Shown here one piece after another: positions 10,421 through 20,684 of a stretch of DNA of 64,000 nt. The stretch lies in the IMG/VR virus record IMGVR_UViG_3300036715_000626, positions 124,001-188,000 of that record. One strand, 5' to 3'. Position numbers and translations under genes: made by a program. The notes under the pieces were generated by a model. It searched no databases, was not told where the DNA came from, and saw only the letters and a list, made by a program, of their open reading frames with translations. How positions within the stretch are numbered: the stretch's first letter is position 1; each line of letters begins with the position of its first letter.

Positions 10421-13063
10421 ATGAACACAAATAATACCGATGTCACAGCACCAAATATACCGAGAGTCGTTAAAACCCAACCAGGTAATGGTGTAATACT
10501 CAGTAAATTAAACAATGACAGTAGTAAAAAAACAAGTATCAAGCAAGCAATGATCGGCGTCCCGTCTGTAGCAAATGATATACGCGAACGGATTAAGAAT
10601 AATGAAGATATTATTCAACTCTTTCCAGATGTTGAGTTAGCAATTCAAATTCTTACTTCAAGTATCTTAGCGCCTAACGATATGTTAACAACATCATTAG
10701 TATATGTCCCACCAGAAATTAAGTTACCCGTAGATGTTAAAAGCACGATTATGGATATCATTAAGAAGCATATTACTACTAATTATAATATCGAAGATAA
10801 GCTAACTGAAATCTTAAGAGAAGCTCTTTTTACAAAGGGTGCTTATATTGAAGCTATCATCCCTGAAGCATCTGTTGACGACATTATTAATAACAATGAC
10901 GGACAAATATCATTAGAAAGTTTTTTAGATAAGTCTCTTGAAGATAGTGTCTCTAATAATTTTTTACTTAAAGGTGTTGAAACTGATACAGAAATTAGTT
11001 TAGAGAGTTTAGCAAAAAACAGTACGGCTAAAATAAAAGTTAGTTTTGAAGATCTTGGTTTAGATATCACCGATGATATCAATATACTAAGCATTAAACG
11101 CCGGTATGAACATGCATTATCTAAAGTTATTAAAGATAAGTTTAGTCGTAGAAAGTCTAAAGTATCTACAGAAGCTAAAAAAATAAATCTTGATGATTTG
11201 TTTAGAAACAATGCTAACACTAAAATGGTAGAACTTGAATATGTTCCAACTTCTTCAGAAGCTTCTAGACAATCTATCGGTATGCCTTTGGTAATGAAAC
11301 TTCCTGTAGATTCAGTTATCCCGGTACACGTAAAATCAGATGTTAAAAAACATCTAGGATATTTTGTACTACTTGATGAAAACGGAGCACCTATCGATCT
11401 TGATTATGAACTTAATAAAGTAGATACCGCTACAAATTCATTATACGCTTCCGCAGATAACAAAGTAAACCTTATTAACAAAGCTAAAACTGCATTACAA
11501 GGTATTACTAAAAATGATGTTAAGTTAGAAAACTTAGAAACCGTATATAATGAACTTGTTGATAAGGCTATTAAGTCACGTCTTAAGAATGGTATGTACG
11601 GCGACTTGGCTGATATCAGAGACAGCGCTGATGTGTATCGTGTTATGTTTATGAGAGCGCTACGAAGTAAGAAAACACGTGTATTATTCTTACCATCTGA
11701 GTTAGTAGCTTTTTATGCATTTGATTATCGTGACAATGGTACTGGTAAATCTCTCTTAGAGAAAGTAAGTATGTTATTCAGTATTCGTTCTATTCTTTTG
11801 TTTGCTAAGATTATGGCTACTGTTAAGAATTCAACATCCGTTACTAAAGTAACCGCACATCTTGATGATGATGACAATGATCCAGAAGCAACGATGGAAA
11901 AAATCATGTCTGAGGCGCTTAAAACACGACAGACACAAGTTCCATTAGGTGTTATTAAAATTGATGATCTTGTTGACTGGAGTCAGAAGGTAGGGTTTAG
12001 TTTTAACTTTAGTGGCGCTAACTTACCAGATATGACTATTGATGTAGCAGATGAAACATCTCAGAAACAAGTACCAGATCAAGATCTCGATACGATGATT
12101 CAAGATCACATCATAATGTCATTTGGATTAACACCTGAGATTGTCCAGGCCGGTTACAGTGCTGACTTTGCAACTACAGTTATGGCTAAGAACTTGTTAT
12201 TTGCTAAACGAGTTATGCAAACACAACATACTCTATTACCACAGGCATCTAGTCATATTCGTAAGTATATGTCCGCGGATATGTTATTACAGAATAAGAT
12301 TAGAGGGGTTATAGAAGATAATATTACTAGTATCTCTAGTGATCTTAAAAAGTATATAAATTCAAATAACGATAACGATATTGAAGCAGAGTTACTTAAT
12401 AACAAAGAAGCTTTGATAGACTATATCTTAGATGCGGTTATTGATGAGACTTCCGTAGAGATTCCTATGGCTGAGCTTAGTGAAGCTCAATCTATGAAAG
12501 ACTCGTTTGAAGCTTATAAAACAGTTGTAGAAACATACATCGATCTGATCATTAGTGCTGAAGCTATGCCTAGTGATATTTTTGGAGATATGTCCGATCA
12601 ACTTGATAATATTAAAGCTATTGTTAAAACAGTGCTCTATAAGAAATGGATGGCTGATAACAATTATCTACCTGAAATTTCAGAATTCTTAACTCGTAAC
12701 GAAGATGGTAAACCTACCTTTAACTTACTAGAAGAATACAGTGTACATGCTACTAACTTAGCAGAAGCTATATTGCCATTCATTAAGGTTAATAATAAGT
12801 TTAAAGACAAGTATAACGATAAACTTAGTAAGCTTGCTATTCCTCCGGAAGGAGATGATTTTGGTGGGGATGAGACATCTCCTGATGATGCTGATGCACC
12901 TGATGACGGAACAGAACAACCTACAGATGATGATCTAGGTGGTTACGACAATACTGACGATGCTGGTGATGACGCCAATATCCCTACAGGTGATGAAGAA
13001 CTACCTACCGAGGATGATAAAACATCTACGGACGATATATCCGGAGATGATTTATTTAAATAA
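10421..13063 (+). CDS. Portal protein (phiKZ gp129-like)
   Basis: 880 aa; QLFPDVELAIQILTSSILAPND, LFTKGAY and GYFVLLDENG motifs; acidic C-terminal tail; conserved position. Confidence 0.8.
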   Translation: MNTNNTDVTAPNIPRVVKTQPGNGVILSKLNNDSSKKTSIKQAMIGVPSVANDIRERIKNNEDIIQLFPDVELAIQILTSSILAPNDMLTTSLVYVPPEIKLPVDVKSTIMDIIKKHITTNYNIEDKLTEILREALFTKGAYIEAIIPEASVDDIINNNDGQISLESFLDKSLEDSVSNNFLLKGVETDTEISLESLAKNSTAKIKVSFEDLGLDITDDINILSIKRRYEHALSKVIKDKFSRRKSKVSTEAKKINLDDLFRNNANTKMVELEYVPTSSEASRQSIGMPLVMKLPVDSVIPVHVKSDVKKHLGYFVLLDENGAPIDLDYELNKVDTATNSLYASADNKVNLINKAKTALQGITKNDVKLENLETVYNELVDKAIKSRLKNGMYGDLADIRDSADVYRVMFMRALRSKKTRVLFLPSELVAFYAFDYRDNGTGKSLLEKVSMLFSIRSILLFAKIMATVKNSTSVTKVTAHLDDDDNDPEATMEKIMSEALKTRQTQVPLGVIKIDDLVDWSQKVGFSFNFSGANLPDMTIDVADETSQKQVPDQDLDTMIQDHIIMSFGLTPEIVQAGYSADFATTVMAKNLLFAKRVMQTQHTLLPQASSHIRKYMSADMLLQNKIRGVIEDNITSISSDLKKYINSNNDNDIEAELLNNKEALIDYILDAVIDETSVEIPMAELSEAQSMKDSFEAYKTVVETYIDLIISAEAMPSDIFGDMSDQLDNIKAIVKTVLYKKWMADNNYLPEISEFLTRNEDGKPTFNLLEEYSVHATNLAEAILPFIKVNNKFKDKYNDKLSKLAIPPEGDDFGGDETSPDDADAPDDGTEQPTDDDLGGYDNTDDAGDDANIPTGDEELPTEDDKTSTDDISGDDLFK

Positions 13064-13077
13064 CAAAAAAATAAGAT

Positions 13078-13105
13078 ACACTAACTGGGAATTCCCAGTT
13101 AGTGT
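13078..13105. terminator. Perfect 28-bp palindrome
   Basis: ACACTAACTGGGAATTCCCAGTTAGTGT between convergent genes; A-run on the left. Confidence 0.75.
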
Positions 13106-14529
13106 TAATCTTGTTTGATTACAAAATCGGTACCACGTTGTTGTGCGATGTATTCACCGCGAACAAGTTCAGTGTTAACAATGATGTTAATTTTACCTGA
13201 CAAGCTAGCATTCTTAGTCTTGTCATTACAGATATCTGTTAATGCCTTATGTAACGACGTATGTGAATCTTTAGTAACACTTCGAGGTTCGTGACTGCCG
13301 GTACTTAAGAATTCAGTATCGATATTATCGGCGAGTTGGTCATCGCCGATATATAATATAGTTATCTTCTCAAAGATTTTGACAGACTTAAAGTTATCAC
13401 CAGTATAGATTGGTGTTAGTTCAGACATTTCTACATCAACATCTTTACCAAGTGTTCTGTAGAAATCGTTCATGATCTCAGTAACTTTATTACGTGCAGA
13501 AACTTCTTCGATACCAGCAATAAACTCAAATAACGCAGTGATATCTTCAACATATGAATCAATATTCACAACAACACCACTTGTTTCAAGGGCGTCGTTA
13601 ATACGTTTAGTAAGAATCTTGTTAACTGCTTTGATAAACAAAACATTACCAGTACCAATAATATTGTTACTGAGAGTTACTAAATCAGAAGAACGAATAA
13701 CTGCATTTATATAGATATCATTGGGGGTGTCACCCGGTACAATAATATCTTTAAACGATACCGCATCCATTGTGAAAAGTGTTGATTCTTGTTCCATAGA
13801 CTGGAATTCAAAATACGACATTTTTTCATTATTACACATTACGCCGCTGTATAGCGATATATGGATTTCATTGTCAGGGTCGTTCAAATCGATGACATGG
13901 AGTGTATTATTCATGGTACTGGTTCCTTTAATGTTAAACTTGTGATAAATACCGAAAATTTCTTTATCAACGAAAAGGCCTGTTGAACAAAGAGGTCTAA
14001 ATTCCGAACCAGGAAACGGAACCGTTTCTACAGGTTCTTCGTAGACCGGAACCATAACCGGAGCTGGTGCTGACTGTCGATTAGTGTGTTGAGGCTCAGG
14101 ATATTTCTTACGACCGTGACGCCCATGCGGTTCAGGTTGCTGTTGGTGTACTTGTTCGGTATTACCATAACTTTTAAATACATTTCCTACATTAGGAGAT
14201 ATATTGTTAGTATTGTATTGCGGTTGTTGGTAAAACTGTGGTTGAGTCGGTTGTTGGTAAAACTGTTGCGGTTGTTGGACATTACGGAAGTTATCAAACG
14301 GAACCTGTTGCTGTTGTACGAAGTACTGTTGTAGGGTGTTTGTAATGCCGGAGATTTCAGCTTGTACGCGATTGATCTGGTCGCGCACAGCATTCTGCGT
14401 CATAGGGTTGGACTGAGCCATAGCATATTGATTTCGCAACGACGGAAGTTGTTGTTCAAGATATTGCAGTTGGCTCTGAAGTTGTAGTATCTGAGGAGGT
14501 ACCTGTTGTTGATAAGTATTGTAAGACAT
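13105..14529 (-). CDS. Hypothetical protein with Q/Y/P-rich low-complexity N-terminus
   Basis: First ~140 aa dominated by Q, including QQFYQQP-like repeats; globular-looking C-terminal part. Confidence 0.8.
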   Translation of the reverse strand: MSYNTYQQQVPPQILQLQSQLQYLEQQLPSLRNQYAMAQSNPMTQNAVRDQINRVQAEISGITNTLQQYFVQQQQVPFDNFRNVQQPQQFYQQPTQPQFYQQPQYNTNNISPNVGNVFKSYGNTEQVHQQQPEPHGRHGRKKYPEPQHTNRQSAPAPVMVPVYEEPVETVPFPGSEFRPLCSTGLFVDKEIFGIYHKFNIKGTSTMNNTLHVIDLNDPDNEIHISLYSGVMCNNEKMSYFEFQSMEQESTLFTMDAVSFKDIIVPGDTPNDIYINAVIRSSDLVTLSNNIIGTGNVLFIKAVNKILTKRINDALETSGVVVNIDSYVEDITALFEFIAGIEEVSARNKVTEIMNDFYRTLGKDVDVEMSELTPIYTGDNFKSVKIFEKITILYIGDDQLADNIDTEFLSTGSHEPRSVTKDSHTSLHKALTDICNDKTKNASLSGKINIIVNTELVRGEYIAQQRGTDFVIKQD

Positions 14530-14578
14530 TAACTTATCTCCTTGTGTTTATTTGCAAATAGACATGTGGTCTATATAA

Positions 14579-14586
14579 ATAATATG
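14579..14586 (-). promoter_or_regulatory. Putative early promoter CATATTAT variant
   Basis: About 50 nt upstream of ATG 14529, just after a hairpin. Confidence 0.45.
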
Positions 14587-14623
14587 TGGTTAATTTTTAA
14601 TGAAAAAATAGAATGAAATCGAT

Positions 14624-14656
14624 AGTAACACACAGGACTATATCCTGTGTGTTACT
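14624..14656. terminator. Hairpin (14-bp stem, 5-nt loop)
   Basis: AGTAACACACAGGA-CTATA-TCCTGTGTGTTACT. Confidence 0.7.
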
Positions 14657-14666
14657 TAATAACCAA

Positions 14667-15137
14667 TTACCAATCTTCAGGCTCTTCTACAAAGTAGTTT
14701 TCTAATGTTTCTTGCTCCCACCGACCAATCAACATTTCAAGTGCTAATGGGTCTATGTGATAGTTATGCGCATAGGCATACTTTTGGATATCAGTAGGGT
14801 TAAATGTATCATCTTTAAAACGTACTTCATAATCTGATGGAATATGCTCTTCAGATGTTCCGTTAGGATGTATAAGATACATGCGATACCACTTTGTATA
14901 TAATTCAACTGTTAACAATGGTTTATCTACTGGTAGACACCCGGTACATAAAAGAATCTTGGAATTGACAGTGGTATAGATACCAGGAACTGGCATGTGT
15001 CCTAAAGTATCTTTATGTTTTACTATATCTGTAAAAAACTGATGCGCGTCATCAGGCGTTTCTGTGTGAATATAGAAAGTTTTAATGTCGTTAGCCCCTA
15101 ATGTTCCACGAACCATTAAGTTAACTGGTACTATCAT
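14667..15137 (-). CDS. Hypothetical protein
   Basis: 156-aa ORF in the nvRNAP operon. Confidence 0.65.
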   Translation of the reverse strand: MIVPVNLMVRGTLGANDIKTFYIHTETPDDAHQFFTDIVKHKDTLGHMPVPGIYTTVNSKILLCTGCLPVDKPLLTVELYTKWYRMYLIHPNGTSEEHIPSDYEVRFKDDTFNPTDIQKYAYAHNYHIDPLALEMLIGRWEQETLENYFVEEPEDW

Positions 15138-15408
15138 TATTATCTCCTTGAGTGTATTTATATTCTATCGTAATAGGTTCTGTGGCGTCACAACATGTTT
15201 CTTCTTCGATACCAGATATAAAGATTATGGATGGAGTAGGACCTTTCTCGCAGCTAATAATATTTACCCAATCTCGCAGGCATTTACTAACAGAGCTATG
15301 ATCTGTTTCGTAAAAAGTGATGTTTAGACGAAATAGTTTACGCTTACGCCGTTTATTACCTTTGATACGGTAGTAACGTTTTTTATCTTTAATCAAGATC
15401 CGGGACAT
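15121..15408 (-). CDS. Hypothetical basic protein
   Basis: 95-aa ORF overlapping both neighbours; K/R-rich N-terminus. Confidence 0.55.
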   Translation of the reverse strand: MSRILIKDKKRYYRIKGNKRRKRKLFRLNITFYETDHSSVSKCLRDWVNIISCEKGPTPSIIFISGIEEETCCDATEPITIEYKYTQGDNNDSTS

Positions 15409-17140
15409 CTTCTACCTCTATATCGGAGCCATCTTCATCCCCACCAATATAACAAACACTTAAATCATCAAGTAGGTTAACATTGGTATTTTCATCAACC
15501 TTACCTTGTAACAATATATCTAGTTTAGATATTGCTATAGCAATATCATCAGGAATGATTAGTCTTCCCGTAGCGACATTGTATTTAAGAAACATATTAG
15601 ATCTGAATCTAGGAGATGGTGCTGTTTTTGTTAAGAATAACACACTACCAAGGTATAGATCTTGTCCTTTAATTGTTTTAGTAGACTCTGGAAACTGTGA
15701 TTTAGTCCCGCGTTTAACACCATTTCCACGTGACTGGTCTTCGAGTAGCGCTGTTATCTTAGGATACATAATATCTGTTGTGCTATCTGCTAACATCACA
15801 CTTAGGTTCATAGCCTTACTTTTTACAAGTCCAAATATCTTTCTAGGACTTAATTCATTAGCAAAGATTTTAGATACCTCACGATTCTTAACAGCACTCT
15901 TCTGGGAGCGTTTGTTAATAGCAAAGATAACCTTATTGAACCCTACAATGATATCGTAGAACATGTAATACAGAATATCGATATAGCGGTTATTGATATC
16001 TCCATTATACTCCTTACTGTTAAGTAACCAGATATTGAAGTTATTCATAATCACCATAATCAAATCAAAGAAGTTTTCAACATAAACACCGTTCTCACGA
16101 AGTTTACCACGAATCAAATCATCCATGTAACCTTGTAGTGTGTCGAAGTGTTCGTTGATATCAACTACGATACGGTCTACTGAATAACTGTTAGTAAATG
16201 ATATACGTCCTAATAGAATTCTCCAATAGAGTTTCTCTTGTTGCACATTACCCGATTTAAGCACCATAATAAAATCACTGGCTTGATCTGGGAAGATATC
16301 CAATACATAGATTATACCGAAGATAAAGTTTTCCAGCATAGGTGTGATTTCAACACTCTTTGAAACACAAATCTTTACATCATGACCTAAGTAACCAAAT
16401 TCTTTTAATCCTCTTGGTTTTACTTTAGTGGATTCGTAGATATTGTATTTATCTGCTAGATGCGCTACATCTTGATCGCTCACTATTACATCAGTAGTTT
16501 TAATGTAACGTCTAAATGATTCTCTAAACCCATATTCGCACAATGGGTATAACGATATCGCTGACAACGGTTTACCGACGTTATCGGTAATCTGTGTTTC
16601 GTTAACACGTACGATTTTAGCGTTGATAATCTCACCAGGAATCTTTTCACCATTAACAACAAAGTTACGAGTGGTTCCTCTAAACCTAAGTTTATCTTTC
16701 AACAACCTTACGAATACTTCTTTATGGCTAGGAGAGATTACCGTATCTGATAGTACTGGTACAATGTGATACGTTGTGTTAGAGATATGTATTAGGTTAC
16801 CTCTCTCGGTGAATGGTAAGTAAAGATACTTAGAGAACGGTTCGTCGTTAAAAGTAAATAACAACTCTATCATATAGATATCGCTTACAGCGAGATCATA
16901 CATAACACGATTCTCTGCATTAGAGAACATTTTAGAGAATTCTTCTTTAGGGGTTAATCGACGGTACCCTTTGTAAACAAGATTTACATTTTGAGAGAGT
17001 GATAAAATAGAAGACTTGATAATACTATCTAAGAATTCTGGTACGTGTTTAAGTATGCTTGTAGATGTGCCCTCCGTAACATCTTTGTTTATCTGTGGCG
17101 TGTGGTTAAGTACCATAGCGGAAAATATATCGTTCATCAT
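15389..17140 (-). CDS. Non-virion RNA polymerase beta-subunit N-terminal part (phiKZ gp123-like)
   Basis: YLYLPF...GNLIHISNTTYHIVPVLSD.VISP and VRLLKDKL motifs; two genes downstream of the major capsid gene, as in phiKZ. Confidence 0.8.
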   Translation of the reverse strand: MMNDIFSAMVLNHTPQINKDVTEGTSTSILKHVPEFLDSIIKSSILSLSQNVNLVYKGYRRLTPKEEFSKMFSNAENRVMYDLAVSDIYMIELLFTFNDEPFSKYLYLPFTERGNLIHISNTTYHIVPVLSDTVISPSHKEVFVRLLKDKLRFRGTTRNFVVNGEKIPGEIINAKIVRVNETQITDNVGKPLSAISLYPLCEYGFRESFRRYIKTTDVIVSDQDVAHLADKYNIYESTKVKPRGLKEFGYLGHDVKICVSKSVEITPMLENFIFGIIYVLDIFPDQASDFIMVLKSGNVQQEKLYWRILLGRISFTNSYSVDRIVVDINEHFDTLQGYMDDLIRGKLRENGVYVENFFDLIMVIMNNFNIWLLNSKEYNGDINNRYIDILYYMFYDIIVGFNKVIFAINKRSQKSAVKNREVSKIFANELSPRKIFGLVKSKAMNLSVMLADSTTDIMYPKITALLEDQSRGNGVKRGTKSQFPESTKTIKGQDLYLGSVLFLTKTAPSPRFRSNMFLKYNVATGRLIIPDDIAIAISKLDILLQGKVDENTNVNLLDDLSVCYIGGDEDGSDIEVEDVPDLD

Positions 17141-17147
17141 TACCCCT

Positions 17148-18353
17148 TTAGAAGATTTTAATCGCAGTATTTGCGAATGTTATTAACTTAGATCCAACAT
17201 CCAATACCGATTTAGTATTGTCTATCTTATTTTTAAACATTAGTGTAGCCATTTCGATTTTAAACTTACTTAATGTTATATGTAGATCTGTCATTCCCTT
17301 GCCGTACACTAAATTAGTTTCTACACGTTTTTTATGCATTTCGAGTTCGTGCTTCTCTTTATAGTGTTCCATTTCTAAACGTAACTTCTCACGCTCATAC
17401 GACATTTTATCATACTCTAACTTTATTTTAGATAGATCTAATTCAAGTTTACGCACTTCAGCCAATTTAGCAGTATCTCCTTCGGTTATAGCTTGGTCAT
17501 AAGTTCTGTAAATACCCATACCGGATAAATCTGATATACCACAACGGTTATCATCTGTCTGATAAGAACCGTTCTTTTTAATCGACATATACCCACCATT
17601 GATCTTTGTAGGATCTTTATGCGATAGTATCTTATGTACATCGTTACCAATCTTAATAAAATAAGGTATGGTGTTGTCATTGTCGATTATCTCTAAATAG
17701 ATAATATTGTTTCCTTCCATGTTTTGTAGTTTGTTGGTAACTGCTTTATCTGTTACCGAATTTGGATGTATTAAACCTGGATTAATGTTACCATTAATTA
17801 AGACAATATTAGGACCTGGTACAAATACGTTTGTGTGTTCGTGAAGCGCCTTCTCGCCTATAAAATTTACTAACCGTAATTGTATCTCTGGTGGTATCCT
17901 GTTGCCTTTACGTTCACCAAGAGTCTTGATGATGTGTTCGGTTACATTATAATCGATATTGATATTATGGGACTCTAGGTAATAATCTATTGCAGATTCT
18001 CCTATCGTAGTAGCATCGCTTCTAATAGTAAAATACTCTACAATATAAATACCATTAGACACATTGTTTTTACCAAGATGTTTAGCAATCTCAGCATACA
18101 TTCCATAACCATTTAAAGTTGTTTTTAATCGAATAGGAAGTACCATGTTATTAGGGTACATTGCATTTACCCCTTTACCCATAGTACTAAATAAGTATTG
18201 TGTGTAATCAGGTTTGTTATAATCTCTATCATTCACTATCATATTGCTACCAGGATTGTAGCCTACAATAGTATTAAATACCATATCATTCTGCGGTGTT
18301 TGTTTACTGTGGAATACGATGGGTGGTACAGCAGTTATTATAGTAGAATTCAT
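17148..18353 (-). CDS. Conserved-position hypothetical protein (phiKZ gp122-like position), C-terminal coiled coil
   Basis: 401 aa between the capsid and nvRNAP genes; K/E-rich heptad C-terminus. Confidence 0.55.
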   Translation of the reverse strand: MNSTIITAVPPIVFHSKQTPQNDMVFNTIVGYNPGSNMIVNDRDYNKPDYTQYLFSTMGKGVNAMYPNNMVLPIRLKTTLNGYGMYAEIAKHLGKNNVSNGIYIVEYFTIRSDATTIGESAIDYYLESHNINIDYNVTEHIIKTLGERKGNRIPPEIQLRLVNFIGEKALHEHTNVFVPGPNIVLINGNINPGLIHPNSVTDKAVTNKLQNMEGNNIIYLEIIDNDNTIPYFIKIGNDVHKILSHKDPTKINGGYMSIKKNGSYQTDDNRCGISDLSGMGIYRTYDQAITEGDTAKLAEVRKLELDLSKIKLEYDKMSYEREKLRLEMEHYKEKHELEMHKKRVETNLVYGKGMTDLHITLSKFKIEMATLMFKNKIDNTKSVLDVGSKLITFANTAIKIF

Positions 18354-18408
18354 ATCATGCTCCGAAAGGAAGGTTAATTTAGAATTTACATTCTAAACAC
18401 TTATATTA

Positions 18409-18416
18409 ATAATATA
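18409..18416 (-). promoter_or_regulatory. Putative early promoter TATATTAT driving the gp122/nvRNAP operon
   Basis: Between the capsid-gene hairpin and ATG 18353. Confidence 0.55.
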
Positions 18417-18458
18417 TGTTTATAGAATATTGATATTCTGAATAGACGTCAATTACCA

Positions 18459-18489
18459 GATACACTACAGCGGTATGCTGTAGTGTATC
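18459..18489. terminator. Hairpin after the major capsid gene (13-bp stem)
   Basis: GATACACTACAGC-GGTAT-GCTGTAGTGTATC. Confidence 0.7.
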
Positions 18490-18501
18490 GTAGTGGTACT
18501 G

Positions 18502-20658
18502 TTAGACAGTGTGCATGTTGATGGCAAGTTTGCCAAGAGCAAGGTTAAGGTTAGCAACAGTGATCTGTGCAAGGACCGGAAGGTTGATGATGTGCATGTA
18601 ACGAGGGATATTGTGGAATTCACGAATAACCGCTCCACCATTAGAACGAACTACGTCAGTAGTAATCGTTGGCGCCCACAAGAAGTTACCGAAGTTCAAT
18701 GGGTTAATCACTGAATTTTTCTCAGCATCATCGACAACGAATGTGATGAAGATTTTACCAGAAACAAGTTTGTTAGGTGTACTAACAACAGTAACTTCGA
18801 ATTCTTCACCGATGTTCAAACGACTTGAATCAGATGTCAAGTATTGTTTAAGGTGTGGGTCTGTACCGATAACAACACCGATTTTACCGCCAAGGTTACC
18901 ACGCATAACTTCATGAGCAACATTGTAGTTACTAGAAACGTACATGCTAAGTACTTCTTCACGGATTTTGTTTACCAATGCAGCACGGATGTCATTGTAA
19001 CGTTCATTAGATTTGATACTATCAACAGATGTACCAAGGTCTACAGAGAACTCATGGTAGTAAGGGTTAACCAAGTAACCACCAGCACCGACAAGTTTAA
19101 CGTCAGCAGCAGCACCAGAACTAATCACTTGGCTCAATGTACCAGCGTAGTTAGTAAGTGTTTGAACTGCAGAAACGTTTGCACGAATACCAGCTGTTTG
19201 AATTTGGCTTGTCAATTTAGAAGCATCGTTATCGACACCACCAGCATTGTTAACCGGAGAAAGAACAGTGATACCAGAACGGTAGTTAACGTTGTAAACT
19301 TGAACATATTTGTCGTTAGTTACAAGCAATCCACGAGTACGCAAGTTGCTGTTAGTACGCCATGCATCAAGAGTATAACCAAGGAATGAACCAGTGTTGA
19401 ATACCGCAGCGATTGCGATGTAGTCAGCGTTAGTAGACGGAAGAACGTCTCCAGCAGCATTTTTGATTTCAACGATTTCGAACGCAGAACCATATACAGA
19501 AATATCACCAACTTGAACGTTAGCATCACCGTGTAGTTTCATTTTCAAACGTACAGTGTGGTTGTTAGCAAGACTACCAAGAATAGTAGACGCAGCGCCA
19601 TTAGCCATAGTTGTAGTATCTGTGTTAACAATGATTGAATCGCTGTCGAAAGACAATGTCATTGTTTTGAAGTTACCTTGTAGTTGACCAACAAAGTTAG
19701 CACCAGGGAATGCAGAAACAGTCATACGGAAAGTTTCGGTTACAAGTGATTGACCGCTGCCTTCAGTAAGTGTGAAATACACTTTGTCAAGGTTGATGCT
19801 GTGGTCGATTGCATCAGTTGAATCCATTACACCTTTTGCAAGCATAGCCGGAGTTTGTGAAATACCAAGAAGGTTAACAGTTTTACCGATAGCCAAAGGT
19901 GCAGTTGTGAAAGTTTCACCATTTGCAGTAACGCTTGTATCTTGATTCGCGACAAAGAATGCAGAAGAATCTGTAGTTTTTACTGGAATAAGACGGTTTT
20001 TGTCTGTACCGAACAATGTGTTATCATAGATCGCTTTAACAACCGGAGTACGTTGGAACTTAGCTGCATTAGAAGCACCAGAAGCGCTACGCTCGAAGTC
20101 AGTATAGATAGACGTAAATTCAACGTCAACAGAAATACCAGAAACAGTTGGATCGATAACGATAGTTGGGAAGAATGCTTCACCGAATGTATCTTGACGA
20201 GCAGCACCTGCATTGAAAACGATAGAGTAGTAAAGGGCATTGTTAACCGCTTGACCATCAAAAGCTTCGGTAGATAGCATATCAGATTGAACAACATCAC
20301 CATAACCAAGTGATTCAGCGCTTACTTGTGTAGAACCAGCTGGCGCAGTTACTTCACGAAGTGGAGCACTCATGTACGACTTAGGATCAACTGCAAGTTT
20401 AGCGATCATCATAGCCGCTTGACGTTGAGTACCTGAAAGTTTGAAATCTTCATTACCAGCTGAAAGCATAGTGATTGAACGATCAATCGCTTCAGAAAGA
20501 GAATCAGATGCTACTTGAGCATGACTACGAGTCGCTTCATCAAGACCTTCTGCTCCAAGAGCAAGACCTGTAATTTCTTTACGACCATCAAGGCCACTAG
20601 CGGTAATAGTTTGTTTGGTTGATTTAAGCAAATCACCAACGAATGACTTAAGATTCAT
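18502..20658 (-). CDS. Major capsid protein (phiKZ gp120-like)
   Basis: 718 aa; STE/AFDG processing-like site, QDTFGEAFFPTIVIDP, NLRTRGLL and VVIGTDP motifs; high-expression codon bias. Confidence 0.9.
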   Translation of the reverse strand: MNLKSFVGDLLKSTKQTITASGLDGRKEITGLALGAEGLDEATRSHAQVASDSLSEAIDRSITMLSAGNEDFKLSGTQRQAAMMIAKLAVDPKSYMSAPLREVTAPAGSTQVSAESLGYGDVVQSDMLSTEAFDGQAVNNALYYSIVFNAGAARQDTFGEAFFPTIVIDPTVSGISVDVEFTSIYTDFERSASGASNAAKFQRTPVVKAIYDNTLFGTDKNRLIPVKTTDSSAFFVANQDTSVTANGETFTTAPLAIGKTVNLLGISQTPAMLAKGVMDSTDAIDHSINLDKVYFTLTEGSGQSLVTETFRMTVSAFPGANFVGQLQGNFKTMTLSFDSDSIIVNTDTTTMANGAASTILGSLANNHTVRLKMKLHGDANVQVGDISVYGSAFEIVEIKNAAGDVLPSTNADYIAIAAVFNTGSFLGYTLDAWRTNSNLRTRGLLVTNDKYVQVYNVNYRSGITVLSPVNNAGGVDNDASKLTSQIQTAGIRANVSAVQTLTNYAGTLSQVISSGAAADVKLVGAGGYLVNPYYHEFSVDLGTSVDSIKSNERYNDIRAALVNKIREEVLSMYVSSNYNVAHEVMRGNLGGKIGVVIGTDPHLKQYLTSDSSRLNIGEEFEVTVVSTPNKLVSGKIFITFVVDDAEKNSVINPLNFGNFLWAPTITTDVVRSNGGAVIREFHNIPRYMHIINLPVLAQITVANLNLALGKLAINMHTV

Positions 20659-20684
20659 AGGAGTCCTTTTTGTTTTTTATAATT

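Noticed and set aside
18493-20309. Several plus-strand ORFs (73-181 aa) opposite the major capsid gene
   Set aside because: Antisense shadows of a strongly codon-biased gene; no SD sequences and no recognisable motifs.
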